From NCBI GenBank assembly GCA_963732025.1, contig CAVSXU010000004.1:145528-209527 (forward strand): a stretch of 64,000 nt of DNA, read 5' to 3'. This DNA comes from Terriglobia bacterium (GTDB lineage: Bacteria > Acidobacteriota > Terriglobia > Bryobacterales > Bryobacteraceae). Shown here in pieces: positions 1 to 9,171 of this stretch (position 1 is its first letter; each line of letters begins with the position of its first letter). The notes below the pieces were generated by a model, which searched no databases, was not told the DNA's origin, and was given only the letters and a program-made list of their open reading frames with translations. A program made the translations under genes and the position numbers.

Positions 1-991
1 AAGACGAAACGAAACCGCTCAGCGTCACCGTTCGCAACGTGCCGGTGCCGGTTTCGGTGGTCGACCTCAAGGGCAACTCGGTGCCAGGGCTGACGCCTTT
101 CGATTTCCGGCTGTTCGACAACGGCAAGGGACAAAAAATCACGGAGGATCTGGCGCAGCACCCGCTATCGATCGTCGTCGTCATTCAGGCGAATCGCGAT
201 GTCGAGAAGATTCTGCCGCAGATCATGAGGCAGGCGAGCGCTCTGGAGAGCCTGGTGCTGGGAGCGGACGGCGAAGTGGCCGTGCTGGCTTTCGACCATC
301 GTATGCAGGAGCTCACCGGATTTCACTTCCGACGAATCGCAGATCGACATCGCATTCAGAAAACTGAGAGCTGGAAGTTACACCGCGGCGTCTGAACGAC
401 GCGACGCTCAAAGCGATCGACATGCTGAAGAATCGACCGACGGATCGCCGGCGCGTGATTCTGCAGATCGCGGAGAATCGCGACAAGGGCAGTTCCAGCC
501 GTCCGCGCGAAGTCCTGACAGAAGCCGAGGTCAACAACGTCGTCATCTATTCGATGAACGTTTCGCAGTTGCTGGCGGCGTTAACCTCGAAAGCCACAAC
601 CGAATCGCCCGGATAATCGTCCGCCGGGAGGGAGCCTGGGTTGCGCCGGGCGTGACAAGCACCGCTACAACCGAATCGCAGATGAACATGGGCAACTGGG
701 TGCCGGCTCTGAAGGACGTCTTCGACGCCGCTAAAGGCGTGTTCGTCAAGGATCCTCTGGATGTCTACACGCAGTACACGGGCGGCCGCCAGTGCGGATT
801 CAAGAGCGACAAGGCGCTGGCGAACTGCGTCGCGCAGATTGGCGAAGAGCTGCACAGCCAGTATTTGCTTTCCTATCACCCCGAGCAACTGGATGAGCCG
901 GGTTTTCATCGCATCGTGGTGGAGGTGCTGAAGCCGGGGTTACAAAGTGCGCGCGCGCGAAGGATATTGGATCGCTGGCCAGCCTCAGTGA
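1..991 (+). pseudogene. VWA-domain protein, acidobacterial VWFA-related type (TIGR03436-like); 5' end outside window; frame broken at least 3 times
   Basis: ORF pieces 39-395, 422-616, 652-~945 and a fourth frame ending TGA 989-991 read as one protein: ...SIVVVIQANRD..., ...RRVILQIAENRDKGS..., ...HRIVVEVLKPGLQ, then VRAREGYWIAGQPQ*. Confidence 0.6.
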
Positions 992-1030
992 GCAGCCCGA
1001 ATAAGCCAGCCCGAATAAGCCAGAATACAG

Positions 1031-1928
1031 ATGGAAAAACGGCGGCTCGGCAAGACCGGGATGGACGTAAGTGTGCTCGGATTCGGCGGCGCCGAGATCG
1101 GGTTTGAGAAAGCCGAACAATCCGTGGTCGATGCGCTGCTGAATTCCGCGCTCGACGCGGGGCTGAACGTGATCGACACCGCCGCGATTTATCCGGCGAG
1201 CGAGGCGAAGATCGGAGCCGCAGTCGGGTCGCGCCGCAACGAATTCTATCCTGTTCACCAAGTGCGGCAATCCGATGTCGAATGACGATGAGTATTGGAA
1301 TGCGGCGATGCTGACGGCGTCGATCGACCGCAGCCTTGCCGATCTTCGAACGGATCACGTCGATCTGATGCAACTCCATAGTTGCAGCGCCGAAGTTCTG
1401 GCACGCGGCGAAGCGATTGGGGCGCTGCAGAAAGCTCGCGATGCGGGGAAGACGCGGTACATCGGCTATAGCGGTGACAACGGGAACGCTGTTTATGCGA
1501 TCGAATCCGGTGCGTTCGATACGCTGCAAACGTCGGTCAATATCGCCGACCAGAGTGCGATCGACATGACGCTGCCCAAGGCTCACGCGCAGGGCATGGG
1601 CGTCATCGTGAAACGGCCTATCGCGAACGCTGCGTGGAAGACCGGCGCGAAACCGGTGAGCTCTTATCATCATGTGTATTGGGATCGATTGCAGGAATTG
1701 AAATACGATTTTCTTTCGGGCGATTTGGAGGAATCCATCGCTATTGCGTTGCGTTTCACGCTGGCGCAGTTGGGAGTGACGACGGCGATCGTCGGCACGA
1801 CGAAGCCGGATCGTTGGAAGGCGAACGCGAAGCTGCTGGAAGCGGGACCGCTCAGCCCTTCTGCCGTCCAAGAAATTCGTGCTCGATGGAAGGCACTCGC
1901 GGGCGCGGATTGGGTGGGGCAAACTTAG
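1031..1928 (+). pseudogene. aldo/keto reductase, one frameshift near 1250-1260
   Basis: MEKRRLGKTGMDVSVLGFGGAEIG... (1031-1285) continues in the next frame as ...ILFTKCGN...DHVDLMQLHS...RYIGYSGDN (1275-1928). Confidence 0.8.
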
Positions 1929-1980
1929 CGATTGGCCGCGAATGAACGCGAATTGGATTGGAGCCAAGTGCCCAGAGCGG

Positions 1981-2508
1981 TTACTCCAGGACGTAGTCGC
2001 GAATTCTCTCGCCAGTTGCGGTGTAGATCGTGCCCTGCAGATGATCCACGATGATCGTCATCGCCTCTGACAACTCAGGCTCATTGATGCGCGGATGCGC
2101 GGTATGACAAGTCGCATGGCTCGATGCCTGCGAGCATCCTTTCCAGAAACGCGCGAGCTTGTAAGCATCAGGATTGGATAGGTCAAAAAGGTTAATCTGC
2201 CCGGGTGAGAAGTCTGAGATCAGCGTGTCCGTGGGGCTACGTTTGCGGGTACGTCGCGGCGTGAGATCGGGCGCACTCGTCACGCCAACAAACTCGATCA
2301 GCCACCTGGCTGCGGTTCTCTGTCCCTCCCATATGGCGTCGGTAGCGCAACGCCAGTAAGTTCTCGCCGTTGGATTGGGGAGCGGTGGATCAATGGTGGC
2401 AGTCACGCCGAGAATCGATTTCTCCATGTTCAGGCGAGCAATCGCCGCCCGCACACGATAGGGAATGTGTTCGTGCCGCCACGTTTGCTGATCGGCAATA
2501 TCCGACAT
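1981..2508 (-). CDS. hypothetical protein (175 aa)
   Basis: Intact ORF with non-repetitive composition; no motif recognised. Confidence 0.45.
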   Translation of the reverse strand: MSDIADQQTWRHEHIPYRVRAAIARLNMEKSILGVTATIDPPLPNPTARTYWRCATDAIWEGQRTAARWLIEFVGVTSAPDLTPRRTRKRSPTDTLISDFSPGQINLFDLSNPDAYKLARFWKGCSQASSHATCHTAHPRINEPELSEAMTIIVDHLQGTIYTATGERIRDYVLE

Positions 2509-2518
2509 ATGACGGCAG

Positions 2519-2883
2519 TTACCGCGAGTGCGCCGTCGGCTCGACCAGCGCGCTCATCGATCCTTTCGACCTCGGCATGCGCGGATCGGCGCCATAGCCG
2601 TGAATCTGGTCGCGGCCGAACTCGGCCTGGTCGCGCTCGCAGGTCATGACGATGGTTCGACCCGTGGTGTCCACTTCGACGGCGTGATGAAAAGCCGTCT
2701 CCGGCGGCAGCATAAACAGCTTCCCGAGCATCTCGATCACGTAGTCGTAGGTATGGTCGTCATCGTCAACAGGACGACGTTGAACAGCGGCGAGAGGCGC
2801 TCGTCGTCGATTGTGTTGCCGGCGGGTTCAATCGCGGGGGCGATTGTGGGGCGGGGAGTCATCGCTGTATTGGAAACACTCAT
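2519..2883 (-). pseudogene. clpS: ClpS-like Clp protease adaptor, frameshift near 2767
   Basis: ATG at 2883 gives ...LSPLFNVVLL. One base out of frame it continues DDDDHTYDYVIEMLGKLF...AFHHAVEVDTTGRTIV (ORF 2519-2740), the conserved ClpS core. Confidence 0.7.
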
Positions 2884-2906
2884 TACGATGGTAAAATGAA
2901 GTGAAA

Positions 2907-3264
2907 GGGGGCGCAACGGATTCGACGGGATTGTATCTGTCGTGGTGAAGTCGTGCCGGGTTCCGAGCTCCCGTAAAACGATCGGAAAACAACAACTGCC
3001 AATAATCAGCAGTTTGCTTACGCTGCTTAATTAATTAGGTAGCCGCCCTGGGCCGATGGGCCTGCACTTGGTTTGAGGGCGTCATTTTGCAGGATAGGTC
3101 CAAAGCTTCCGTCCGGAGCCGAAAGCCGAGATCAATCGGGCTAAGCCGCCTCTCTCTTGCCGGTTTCCGCATGAGGCGGACGAAAAATAACGAACCGGAA
3201 ACGCACGTAGTCTTTTCGCGGTAGACTTTCTCGGACGCGGGTTCAACTCCCGCCGCCTCCACCA
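2907..3264 (+). ncRNA. ssrA: tmRNA (transfer-messenger RNA)
   Basis: 5' GGGGGCGCAACGGATTCGACGGG, 3' tRNA-like end GGACGCGGGTTCAACTCCCGCCGCCTCCACCA, internal tag ORF GCC AAT AAT CAG CAG TTT GCT TAC GCT GCT TAA = ANNQQFAYAA*. Confidence 0.95.
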
Positions 3265-3266
3265 TT
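3238..3266. repeat. attL: 29-bp direct repeat formed by the tmRNA 3' end
   Basis: CGGGTTCAACTCCCGCCGCCTCCACCATT is identical to 16164-16192. Confidence 0.9.
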
Positions 3267-3270
3267 CTAT

Positions 3271-4524
3271 CTAGCCTGTTTTCTTAGACTTAATCAACTT
3301 CAGGTGGGTGTTCTTGCTAACATTTGATAACATCCCGCCGCCGCGGCTCTCGGAGATCACTTTGCCGAGGCTGTTGTTCCAAACTTCCGCGGCCGCGGCT
3401 TCGTCGGCTGGTAGGGCATGACTGTAGATCGAAAGCGTCACGTTTGCGTTTTTGTGGCCGAGGCGTTTCGCGACCGTCGGGATGGGCGTCCCCTGGCTAA
3501 GTAGGTGGCTGGCATGGGTGTGCCTGAGAGAGTGCAGGCCGACATCTGAAAGACCAATTTCCCGCGCCAACTCCGTGACGCGAACACTCACTTTGTCGGG
3601 CCGGTAGTATTCACCGTCGGGGCGGCTGAAGATCAAATCGTGCGGCGCATAGGTGCGGCCGTAAAGCTTCCGGTCGGCTTCCTGTTGAACCCTCCAATCT
3701 TCCAGACTGTCAATCGCCTGCTGAGGCACACGAAAGTTTCGTGGTCTTCCCGATTTCGTTGACTTGATGCGCAACCCTGCGCGGGTTTCTTCCAGACTCT
3801 TGTTCACGATCAGCATCCCGGTAGTGACATCGAGGTCCGACCATGTGAGTGCCAGCAACTCTCCGCGACGGCAACCAGTGGCCGAAGCCAGCATGAGCAA
3901 GGGGTAGAGCCGCGTTCCCGACGCAGCCTGCAACAGCGTAAGCAACTCACTCTCATCCAGCGACCGCGCTTCTTTGCGCTCCAGTTCTGGAATCTGGCAG
4001 TCACCATCGAAGGGATTACTAGCGACCAGTTTCCGCGCGACGGCTTTCTTGAAACACCCGGCTACAAGAAATGCGATCTCTCGAACGGTTTTGATCGCGA
4101 GCGGCTTCCCTTGCGGCTGCGCGTCCGTCTTACGGCCACCGCTACGTTCGAGGGCAAGTAGCATATCGTCGATTTCCGCGACGCCGATCTTATCAAGTGG
4201 AAGGTCTCCGATGTGTCGCTGGGCATACCTTCCCAACTCGATATAACGTTCCAGGGTCTTGGGGCTGCATTTGGATTTGTAGTTTTGAATCCAGGAATCA
4301 AAGAACTCCGCGAATCTAGGCGTGGCCTGCTCGCTGACGGGCGTGGGCGTCTGCTGATGCCCTTCGATCGCGGTTCTCAAGGCTTCTTCCGCTTCCGCTT
4401 TCGTCGCGAAGCCGCGCTTCATTTTTTGAATGCGTTTGCCGTTTTCATCGCGCCCGGCAAAGAACGAATAACCGAACGTCGGCTTGCCGCGTACGGGGGT
4501 ATATCTGACAGTGGTGCCCTTCAT
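3271..4524 (-). CDS. int: tyrosine-type site-specific integrase
   Basis: 417 aa. C-terminal catalytic region ...GCRRGELLAL..., HSLRHTHASHLL, LGHKNANVTLSIYSH (R..HxxR..Y pattern); sits adjacent to attL. Confidence 0.9.
   Translation of the reverse strand: MKGTTVRYTPVRGKPTFGYSFFAGRDENGKRIQKMKRGFATKAEAEEALRTAIEGHQQTPTPVSEQATPRFAEFFDSWIQNYKSKCSPKTLERYIELGRYAQRHIGDLPLDKIGVAEIDDMLLALERSGGRKTDAQPQGKPLAIKTVREIAFLVAGCFKKAVARKLVASNPFDGDCQIPELERKEARSLDESELLTLLQAASGTRLYPLLMLASATGCRRGELLALTWSDLDVTTGMLIVNKSLEETRAGLRIKSTKSGRPRNFRVPQQAIDSLEDWRVQQEADRKLYGRTYAPHDLIFSRPDGEYYRPDKVSVRVTELAREIGLSDVGLHSLRHTHASHLLSQGTPIPTVAKRLGHKNANVTLSIYSHALPADEAAAAEVWNNSLGKVISESRGGGMLSNVSKNTHLKLIKSKKTG
3316..3339. repeat. 24-bp repeat near the left end of the element (candidate integrase arm-type site)
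   Basis: GCTAACATTTGATAACATCCCGCC matches 16046-16069 at 23 of 24 positions, same orientation. Confidence 0.5.
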
Positions 4525-5027
4525 GTTTTCTTCCTCTTTTTGGTTTTAGGTGTTTCGGATGTTGGTTTGGAGATGGCTTGGGCGTTGACGGCTTGGATGG
4601 CTTCCATCATGCGCCGCTGTTCACTGAAGCCATAAGCCCAGCGTTCGAGAACGGGTTGAAGAACGTGCTTCAGTGGGCCGCGCAGGTGTTCCCATTGGGG
4701 TTTGCGCAGGACTTCGAGAACCGCGAGTGTGACGTGGGATTCTTCTTCGCTATCGACGCTGAACCAAAGGGGACGCTCGATGCCGCGCTCAAATTCGCTG
4801 AGCGCGCGAAAGTCTGAGGCGCGGGTATAGCCAGCTTCTTCCGCCCATTTAGCGAGCCGCTCCAACGTAGCGCCGCGCGGCGGACCGTAGCTTTCCCACC
4901 TACCAATCGTCTGAACGGCAACGTTGAGCTTTGCCGCGAGTTCGGCTTGAGTCAGTGCTAAGCGCGAGCGCATTTCGATCAACGCGAGAGAAGCGGCGTC
5001 TTTGGATCTTGACGGGGGACGTGGCAT
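4521..5027 (-). CDS. XRE-family HTH regulator (cI-like repressor candidate)
   Basis: HTH LALTQAELAAKLNVAVQTIGRWES; divergent from the xis-like gene; ATGA overlap with int. Confidence 0.75.
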   Translation of the reverse strand: MPRPPSRSKDAASLALIEMRSRLALTQAELAAKLNVAVQTIGRWESYGPPRGATLERLAKWAEEAGYTRASDFRALSEFERGIERPLWFSVDSEEESHVTLAVLEVLRKPQWEHLRGPLKHVLQPVLERWAYGFSEQRRMMEAIQAVNAQAISKPTSETPKTKKRKKT

Positions 5028-5028
5028 G

Positions 5029-5076
5029 TGATAACTTGCGATAACGGTATAACGATTTGAATAAAGAGTGTATCAC
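5029..5076. promoter_or_regulatory. divergent switch region with GATAAC-type repeats (candidate operators)
   Basis: GTGATAACttgcGATAACggTATAAC at 5029-5054, and a partial inverted copy GTGTATCAC at 5068-5076, between the divergent cI-like and xis-like genes. Confidence 0.35.
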
Positions 5077-5097
5077 AGCTTAAAGCGAGGTAACACA

Positions 5098-5355
5098 ATG
5101 CCGCCACTAACCAAGGTGAAACCGAAGCGCGCATACAAGCGCAATCACCCCAACGTCAAAGTGAAATCCAGAGAACGGGCAACGCTGTCGCCGCGTGAAT
5201 CGACGAAGATTACTGGCATTGGCCTGAACCGCACTTATGAGCTACTCAAAAAGCGCGAGATGCCCTCCATCGTAGTAGCGAATCGCTTCTACATCCCAAG
5301 GCAGGCGTTGATGGTGTGGCTCAATAGTTGCGGTAAGACGACAACAGCAGCCTAA
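5098..5355 (+). CDS. excisionase/AlpA-like HTH DNA-binding protein
   Basis: GAGG 8 nt upstream of ATG 5098; motif LSPRESTKITGIGLNRTYELLKKREMPSIVVANRFYIPRQAL. Confidence 0.65.
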   Translation: MPPLTKVKPKRAYKRNHPNVKVKSRERATLSPRESTKITGIGLNRTYELLKKREMPSIVVANRFYIPRQALMVWLNSCGKTTTAA

Positions 5356-5440
5356 AAAAGGGAATCGCGCCGCGTGAGTCTTACCGGGCGGGCAAGCGCG
5401 GCGCGAAGTTGACTACATCACGATCACGAACACGATCACT

Positions 5441-6859
5441 ATGAGTACAACACAGACGAACCGCCGCCCGCCAGATCCCATCGAAGAATTGCCCGCCAGC
5501 GTAGAAACCGAGCGATTGGTGCTCGGGGCGTTGCTGCTCGACTCCGAGCGGTACCTGCCCGCCGTGCGCGCGCTTTATCCCGGTGACTTCATTCTGGAAA
5601 AACACAGGCGCATTTTCCTGCGGGCCATGGAACTCGATCAGCGCGGCGAGAGAGTAGATCGCGTCACGATTCAGGACGAGCTGACAAAGCACGGCCAGCT
5701 CGATTCGGTGGATGGCCCGGCGTATCTCGTTTCGCTCGACGACGGCCTGCCCGAGATCGCGAACATCGCGAGCTACATTCGCATTGTCCAGGACAAGTCG
5801 CTTCGGCGGCGCGTGATCCGTGAAGCATCCGCGCTCGCCAATCGCGCTCAGTTGCAAACCGAGAACACCCTCGACGTGATCGCGGCGGGCGCGGAGCTAT
5901 TTCACAATCTGAAAAGCGAGCGGCGCGAGGGGGCGCAACGCATCGAGTCGCTGCCGTCAGTGTGGAGCTACGAGGTCGAGTATGAATGGATCGTGCCGGG
6001 ATTCCTCGCGAAGGGCACAGTGAATCTGCTGACCGGCGAGAGTGGAGACGGCAAATCAACGGTGGCGCTCAAACTGGCGGGGTGTGTCGCGCGAGGCGAG
6101 CCGTTCCTGGGACGCCCGACCATGCAGCGCGAGGTCGTCTACCTCGACCGGGAAAATCCGATCTCAGTGGTTAAGGACCGGCTCAAGCGGTTGCACATTC
6201 CAGAAACCCCCGAGCTGCACGTGTGGGGAGGATGGATTGAAGTTTTCCCAGAGGGGCCGGATTCCCCCGAAGTGCTCCGCTTCGTCAAGCAGTATCAACC
6301 GCTGATCGTGTTCGACAACAAAGTGACTTTTCATTCCGACGGCGACGAGCAGGACGCGGGAGATACTCGCCGTCACATGGTTCTGTACCGCAGGCTGGCG
6401 GTTCTAGGTGGAACCGTGCTCTTGCTCCACAATTCCGGCAAGAGCGAAGGCTCTCGCCAGTATCGCGGATCGAGCGATATCAAAGCCTCGGTGGATGCGG
6501 CGTATTTGCTGGAGCGCACCGACGGCAGCGATTCCGGCGCTGCGCTGGGTTCGCTGCGCCTGAAGCCATTCAAGAACCGGCTGACGCCCGGCGAGTCGAT
6601 CCGCTTCGAGTATGCGAATGGCGACTTCTCGGTCGCCGATGTGCCGCCGCCGTCGCATTTTGAAGTGCTCGAAGGTATCCTCAGGCTCCATCCTTCGAGC
6701 ACGCAAGCGCAGTTAATCAACTTGGTGAAGCCTTACGGAATCGCGAAGGGGCGCTTACCTGATCTGCTGCTCCAGGGTCACAACAGCGGACGCTTCGAGT
6801 TCCAGTCGGGCAAGAAGGGAGCGAAGCGATGGTCACTTCGAGAACCCGATTTAGTGTGA
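5441..6859 (+). CDS. replication protein: DnaB N-terminal domain fused to a RepA-like AAA ATPase
   Basis: N-terminus LPASVETERLVLGALLLDSE...IVQDKSLRRRVI (DnaB_N-like); Walker A at LLTGESGDGKST. Confidence 0.75.
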   Translation: MSTTQTNRRPPDPIEELPASVETERLVLGALLLDSERYLPAVRALYPGDFILEKHRRIFLRAMELDQRGERVDRVTIQDELTKHGQLDSVDGPAYLVSLDDGLPEIANIASYIRIVQDKSLRRRVIREASALANRAQLQTENTLDVIAAGAELFHNLKSERREGAQRIESLPSVWSYEVEYEWIVPGFLAKGTVNLLTGESGDGKSTVALKLAGCVARGEPFLGRPTMQREVVYLDRENPISVVKDRLKRLHIPETPELHVWGGWIEVFPEGPDSPEVLRFVKQYQPLIVFDNKVTFHSDGDEQDAGDTRRHMVLYRRLAVLGGTVLLLHNSGKSEGSRQYRGSSDIKASVDAAYLLERTDGSDSGAALGSLRLKPFKNRLTPGESIRFEYANGDFSVADVPPPSHFEVLEGILRLHPSSTQAQLINLVKPYGIAKGRLPDLLLQGHNSGRFEFQSGKKGAKRWSLREPDLV

Positions 6860-7043
6860 GCGTCCCGGAATTCCGGGATGCATCCCGGCGCGTCGGGACG
6901 CACAGCGAAAAGACCGTCCCAAAGAGCGTCCCGGAGGGGTCAAAAAAATGAAGGCCTCGGGACGCTTAAACGCCCACAAACTACGGCACTTAACCTAAGC
7001 GTCCCGGAATTTCCTCTCCCTATAGAGAGAAAAATCGGGACGC
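6860..7043. promoter_or_regulatory. iteron array, candidate replication origin of the element
   Basis: GCGTCCCGGA at 6860, 6926 and 6999 alternates with the inverted TCGGGACGC at 6893, 6957 and 7035 (spacing about 31-42 bp). Palindrome TTCCGGGATGCATCCCGG at 6871-6888. Confidence 0.55.
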
Positions 7044-7184
7044 ATGCGTTTTGGGAAGGGGAAAGGCGGGTTATGAACGGAGCCGACAGAAGTCTGGTCC
7101 GCGATCTGCTGTCGCCGAAATCCGCACAGCTGTAGTCAGAAACGAAGGCGGCTGCGCCAGATAAATGGACGTTATCATGCGTAG

Positions 7185-7940
7185 ATGCACGAGTTGATCC
7201 AAGCCTTCCCGGACGTGAATGTTCTTCTTGAACTGGAGCCCGAGATATTGGGATCGAAGTTGCTGTTCTTGACGCGGAAGCGTTTTGACACAGCCAAGTT
7301 CCATCCACCGAATCTGAACGCGGAGCCTTGGCACGGGTCTGTATACCCCGGCCAAGTGTTACCTTGGCCGCGAGAGAAGCAGACTGCGGTCACTGAGGCG
7401 CTGGCCGAGTCTTGGGCATGGCTTGAGGCGCAAGGTCTTGCAATCCCACCCGGAGATGGTAGCGGGCAGAACGGCTGGAGGATGTTAAGTCGGCGGGCCC
7501 GGAGGTTTGAAAGCGAACCGGAGTTCGCCAATTACACCGTCGCGCGAATGCTTCGGCGAGAATCATTGCACTCGAAAATCGCCGATAAGGTTTGGTCAGC
7601 GTTCATGCGGGGAGAATTCGACGTAGCAGCCTTTCAAGCAATGAAAGCGGTTGAGGTGTCGGTACGCGAAGCATCTGGAGCAGGGAACAGTCTTGTCGGC
7701 GTGCCTCTGATGCGCGAGGCTTTTGCACCAGACAAAGGCGCTCTAACTGATACTGCGGTTGAACGCGGTGAGCAGGTCGCGCGCATGGAACTCTTCGCCG
7801 GTGCGATCGGCTCTTACAAAAATCCTCACTCACACCGAGACGTATATCTCATCGATCCGGCTGAAGCGGTCGAGATCATCTTGCTTGCGAATCATCTGCT
7901 GCGTATCGTGGACTTTCGGGTCAACATGAGCGCTTGGTGA
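7185..7940 (+). CDS. TIGR02391-family (Abi C-terminal-like) protein
   Basis: C-terminal half: LHSKIADKVWSAFMRGEFDVAAFQAMKAVEVSVRE...ELFAGAIGSYKNPHSHRDV...LLANHLLRIVD. Confidence 0.7.
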   Translation: MHELIQAFPDVNVLLELEPEILGSKLLFLTRKRFDTAKFHPPNLNAEPWHGSVYPGQVLPWPREKQTAVTEALAESWAWLEAQGLAIPPGDGSGQNGWRMLSRRARRFESEPEFANYTVARMLRRESLHSKIADKVWSAFMRGEFDVAAFQAMKAVEVSVREASGAGNSLVGVPLMREAFAPDKGALTDTAVERGEQVARMELFAGAIGSYKNPHSHRDVYLIDPAEAVEIILLANHLLRIVDFRVNMSAW

Positions 7941-8177
7941 TCTCCGCGTGCCGCCTTAGCGGGCTTCGGACGCGTCCTGGTGCGCTGTAGCGCGATGGAG
8001 GGGGCACGTGGAAGGATTTTTGCTTCGACCACCCCTCGCGGGCGGCGGCCCGCACAGGAAAACGACTCACCGTCCTCAAAAAGGTGATTTCCGCCCGGCG
8101 ACCAGTTTCCGATAACCCCACATATCGTTCCCAACCCTCCAGGACACCGAGACCGAGCGGTGTCCTTCGGCGCGACA

Positions 8178-8789
8178 TCAGTCCGTATCGGTAATTGCGA
8201 GTATCGATAATCTGCGGAGTCGCCGGTCAAACAGAACGACGGTCATGTCCCAAGCGATTCCCTTGAACCAGGGCGTCCAGCCCTGGAAACTCTCCAGCAG
8301 GGACACTTCTCCGAACCGCAAGCCAAAGATGTCATCGCAAACTTGTAGCGCCAGATCTTTATCCCCACGACCGTCTCCCACTGCGACAGTGTAAGCACCT
8401 CCGTTGTAAAGAGCGTGTGCGAGCCTTCCATCGATCAGAAAGGGGTCACCCATTGCAAGACCGGTCTCAGCTTTCGACTCAGGGATTTGTACTTGGGGTA
8501 GCGCTTCACGGATAGCCGGATGCACGATGAGCGTATCAATTAAGCGTTCATCGGAGAGGCGATTCCGTGAAGCGAACCAATCGAACACCAACTCCGGTCC
8601 GACTGCGAATACTGCAAAATGTGCTCCACCGTTACTGTGGGACTTCCGAACGCGCTCGATGAATTGATCGACAGCATCTGACTCTAACTCCACTCGACTG
8701 AGGCTGATCCTACTGCACATCAGCCGCACTTCATCAAACCCTGGTCGAGGCTGGTTCCAATCTGGTTCCAGAGGCGGAGACTCGGACAT
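8178..8789 (-). CDS. hypothetical protein (203 aa), accessory gene of the element
   Basis: Intact ORF convergent with the TIGR02391 gene; no motif recognised. Confidence 0.5.
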   Translation of the reverse strand: MSESPPLEPDWNQPRPGFDEVRLMCSRISLSRVELESDAVDQFIERVRKSHSNGGAHFAVFAVGPELVFDWFASRNRLSDERLIDTLIVHPAIREALPQVQIPESKAETGLAMGDPFLIDGRLAHALYNGGAYTVAVGDGRGDKDLALQVCDDIFGLRFGEVSLLESFQGWTPWFKGIAWDMTVVLFDRRLRRLSILAITDTD

Positions 8790-8886
8790 ATCGATATTCT
8801 AGCGGCGATTGTGGACGAAAAACGGCGTTAGCGGAACTGGCCCCGCACTCTGCCTCCGCTTGCCTTGATCGGGCCACAATAGCTTC

Positions 8887-9171
8887 ATGGCTCGCGTTGC
8901 TTCCACCATCGAAGACGCCCGACTGCTGAAGGAACGCGCTCTGGCGAAATTGCGCGTGCTGCAATCCGACGCGCTCGAAGGCAAGTTGCTCGACCGCGAT
9001 CAGGTGCGCGCGCAGTGGGCGCAGTGCTTCGCTTCGTTGCGCGACCGCGCGCTGGGCATGGCCGACCGCATCGCGAGCCGTGGCGCGAATCGCACGCCCG
9101 CCGAGCTGCGCAGCATCGTCGATCTCGAAGTTAAAGACTTACTCGAAGCGGTAAGCCGTGGCGATTTTTGA
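8887..9171 (+). CDS. short terminase small-subunit-like protein (resembles the Nu1 C-terminal region only)
   Basis: 94 aa coiled-coil-like ...LLKERALAKLRVLQSDALEGKLLDRDQV...; its stop overlaps the terL start. Confidence 0.45.
   Translation: MARVASTIEDARLLKERALAKLRVLQSDALEGKLLDRDQVRAQWAQCFASLRDRALGMADRIASRGANRTPAELRSIVDLEVKDLLEAVSRGDF

Noticed and set aside
906-1967. 353-aa ORF on the minus strand
   Set aside because: Arg/Ser/Pro-rich composition typical of antisense translation in high-GC DNA; it lies fully opposite the well-supported aldo/keto reductase.
3035-3265. 76-aa minus-strand ORF
   Set aside because: It lies inside the tmRNA gene.
6878-7135. 85-aa ORF downstream of the replication gene
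   Set aside because: It lies entirely within the iteron and palindrome region; its basic, low-complexity sequence is dictated by the repeats.
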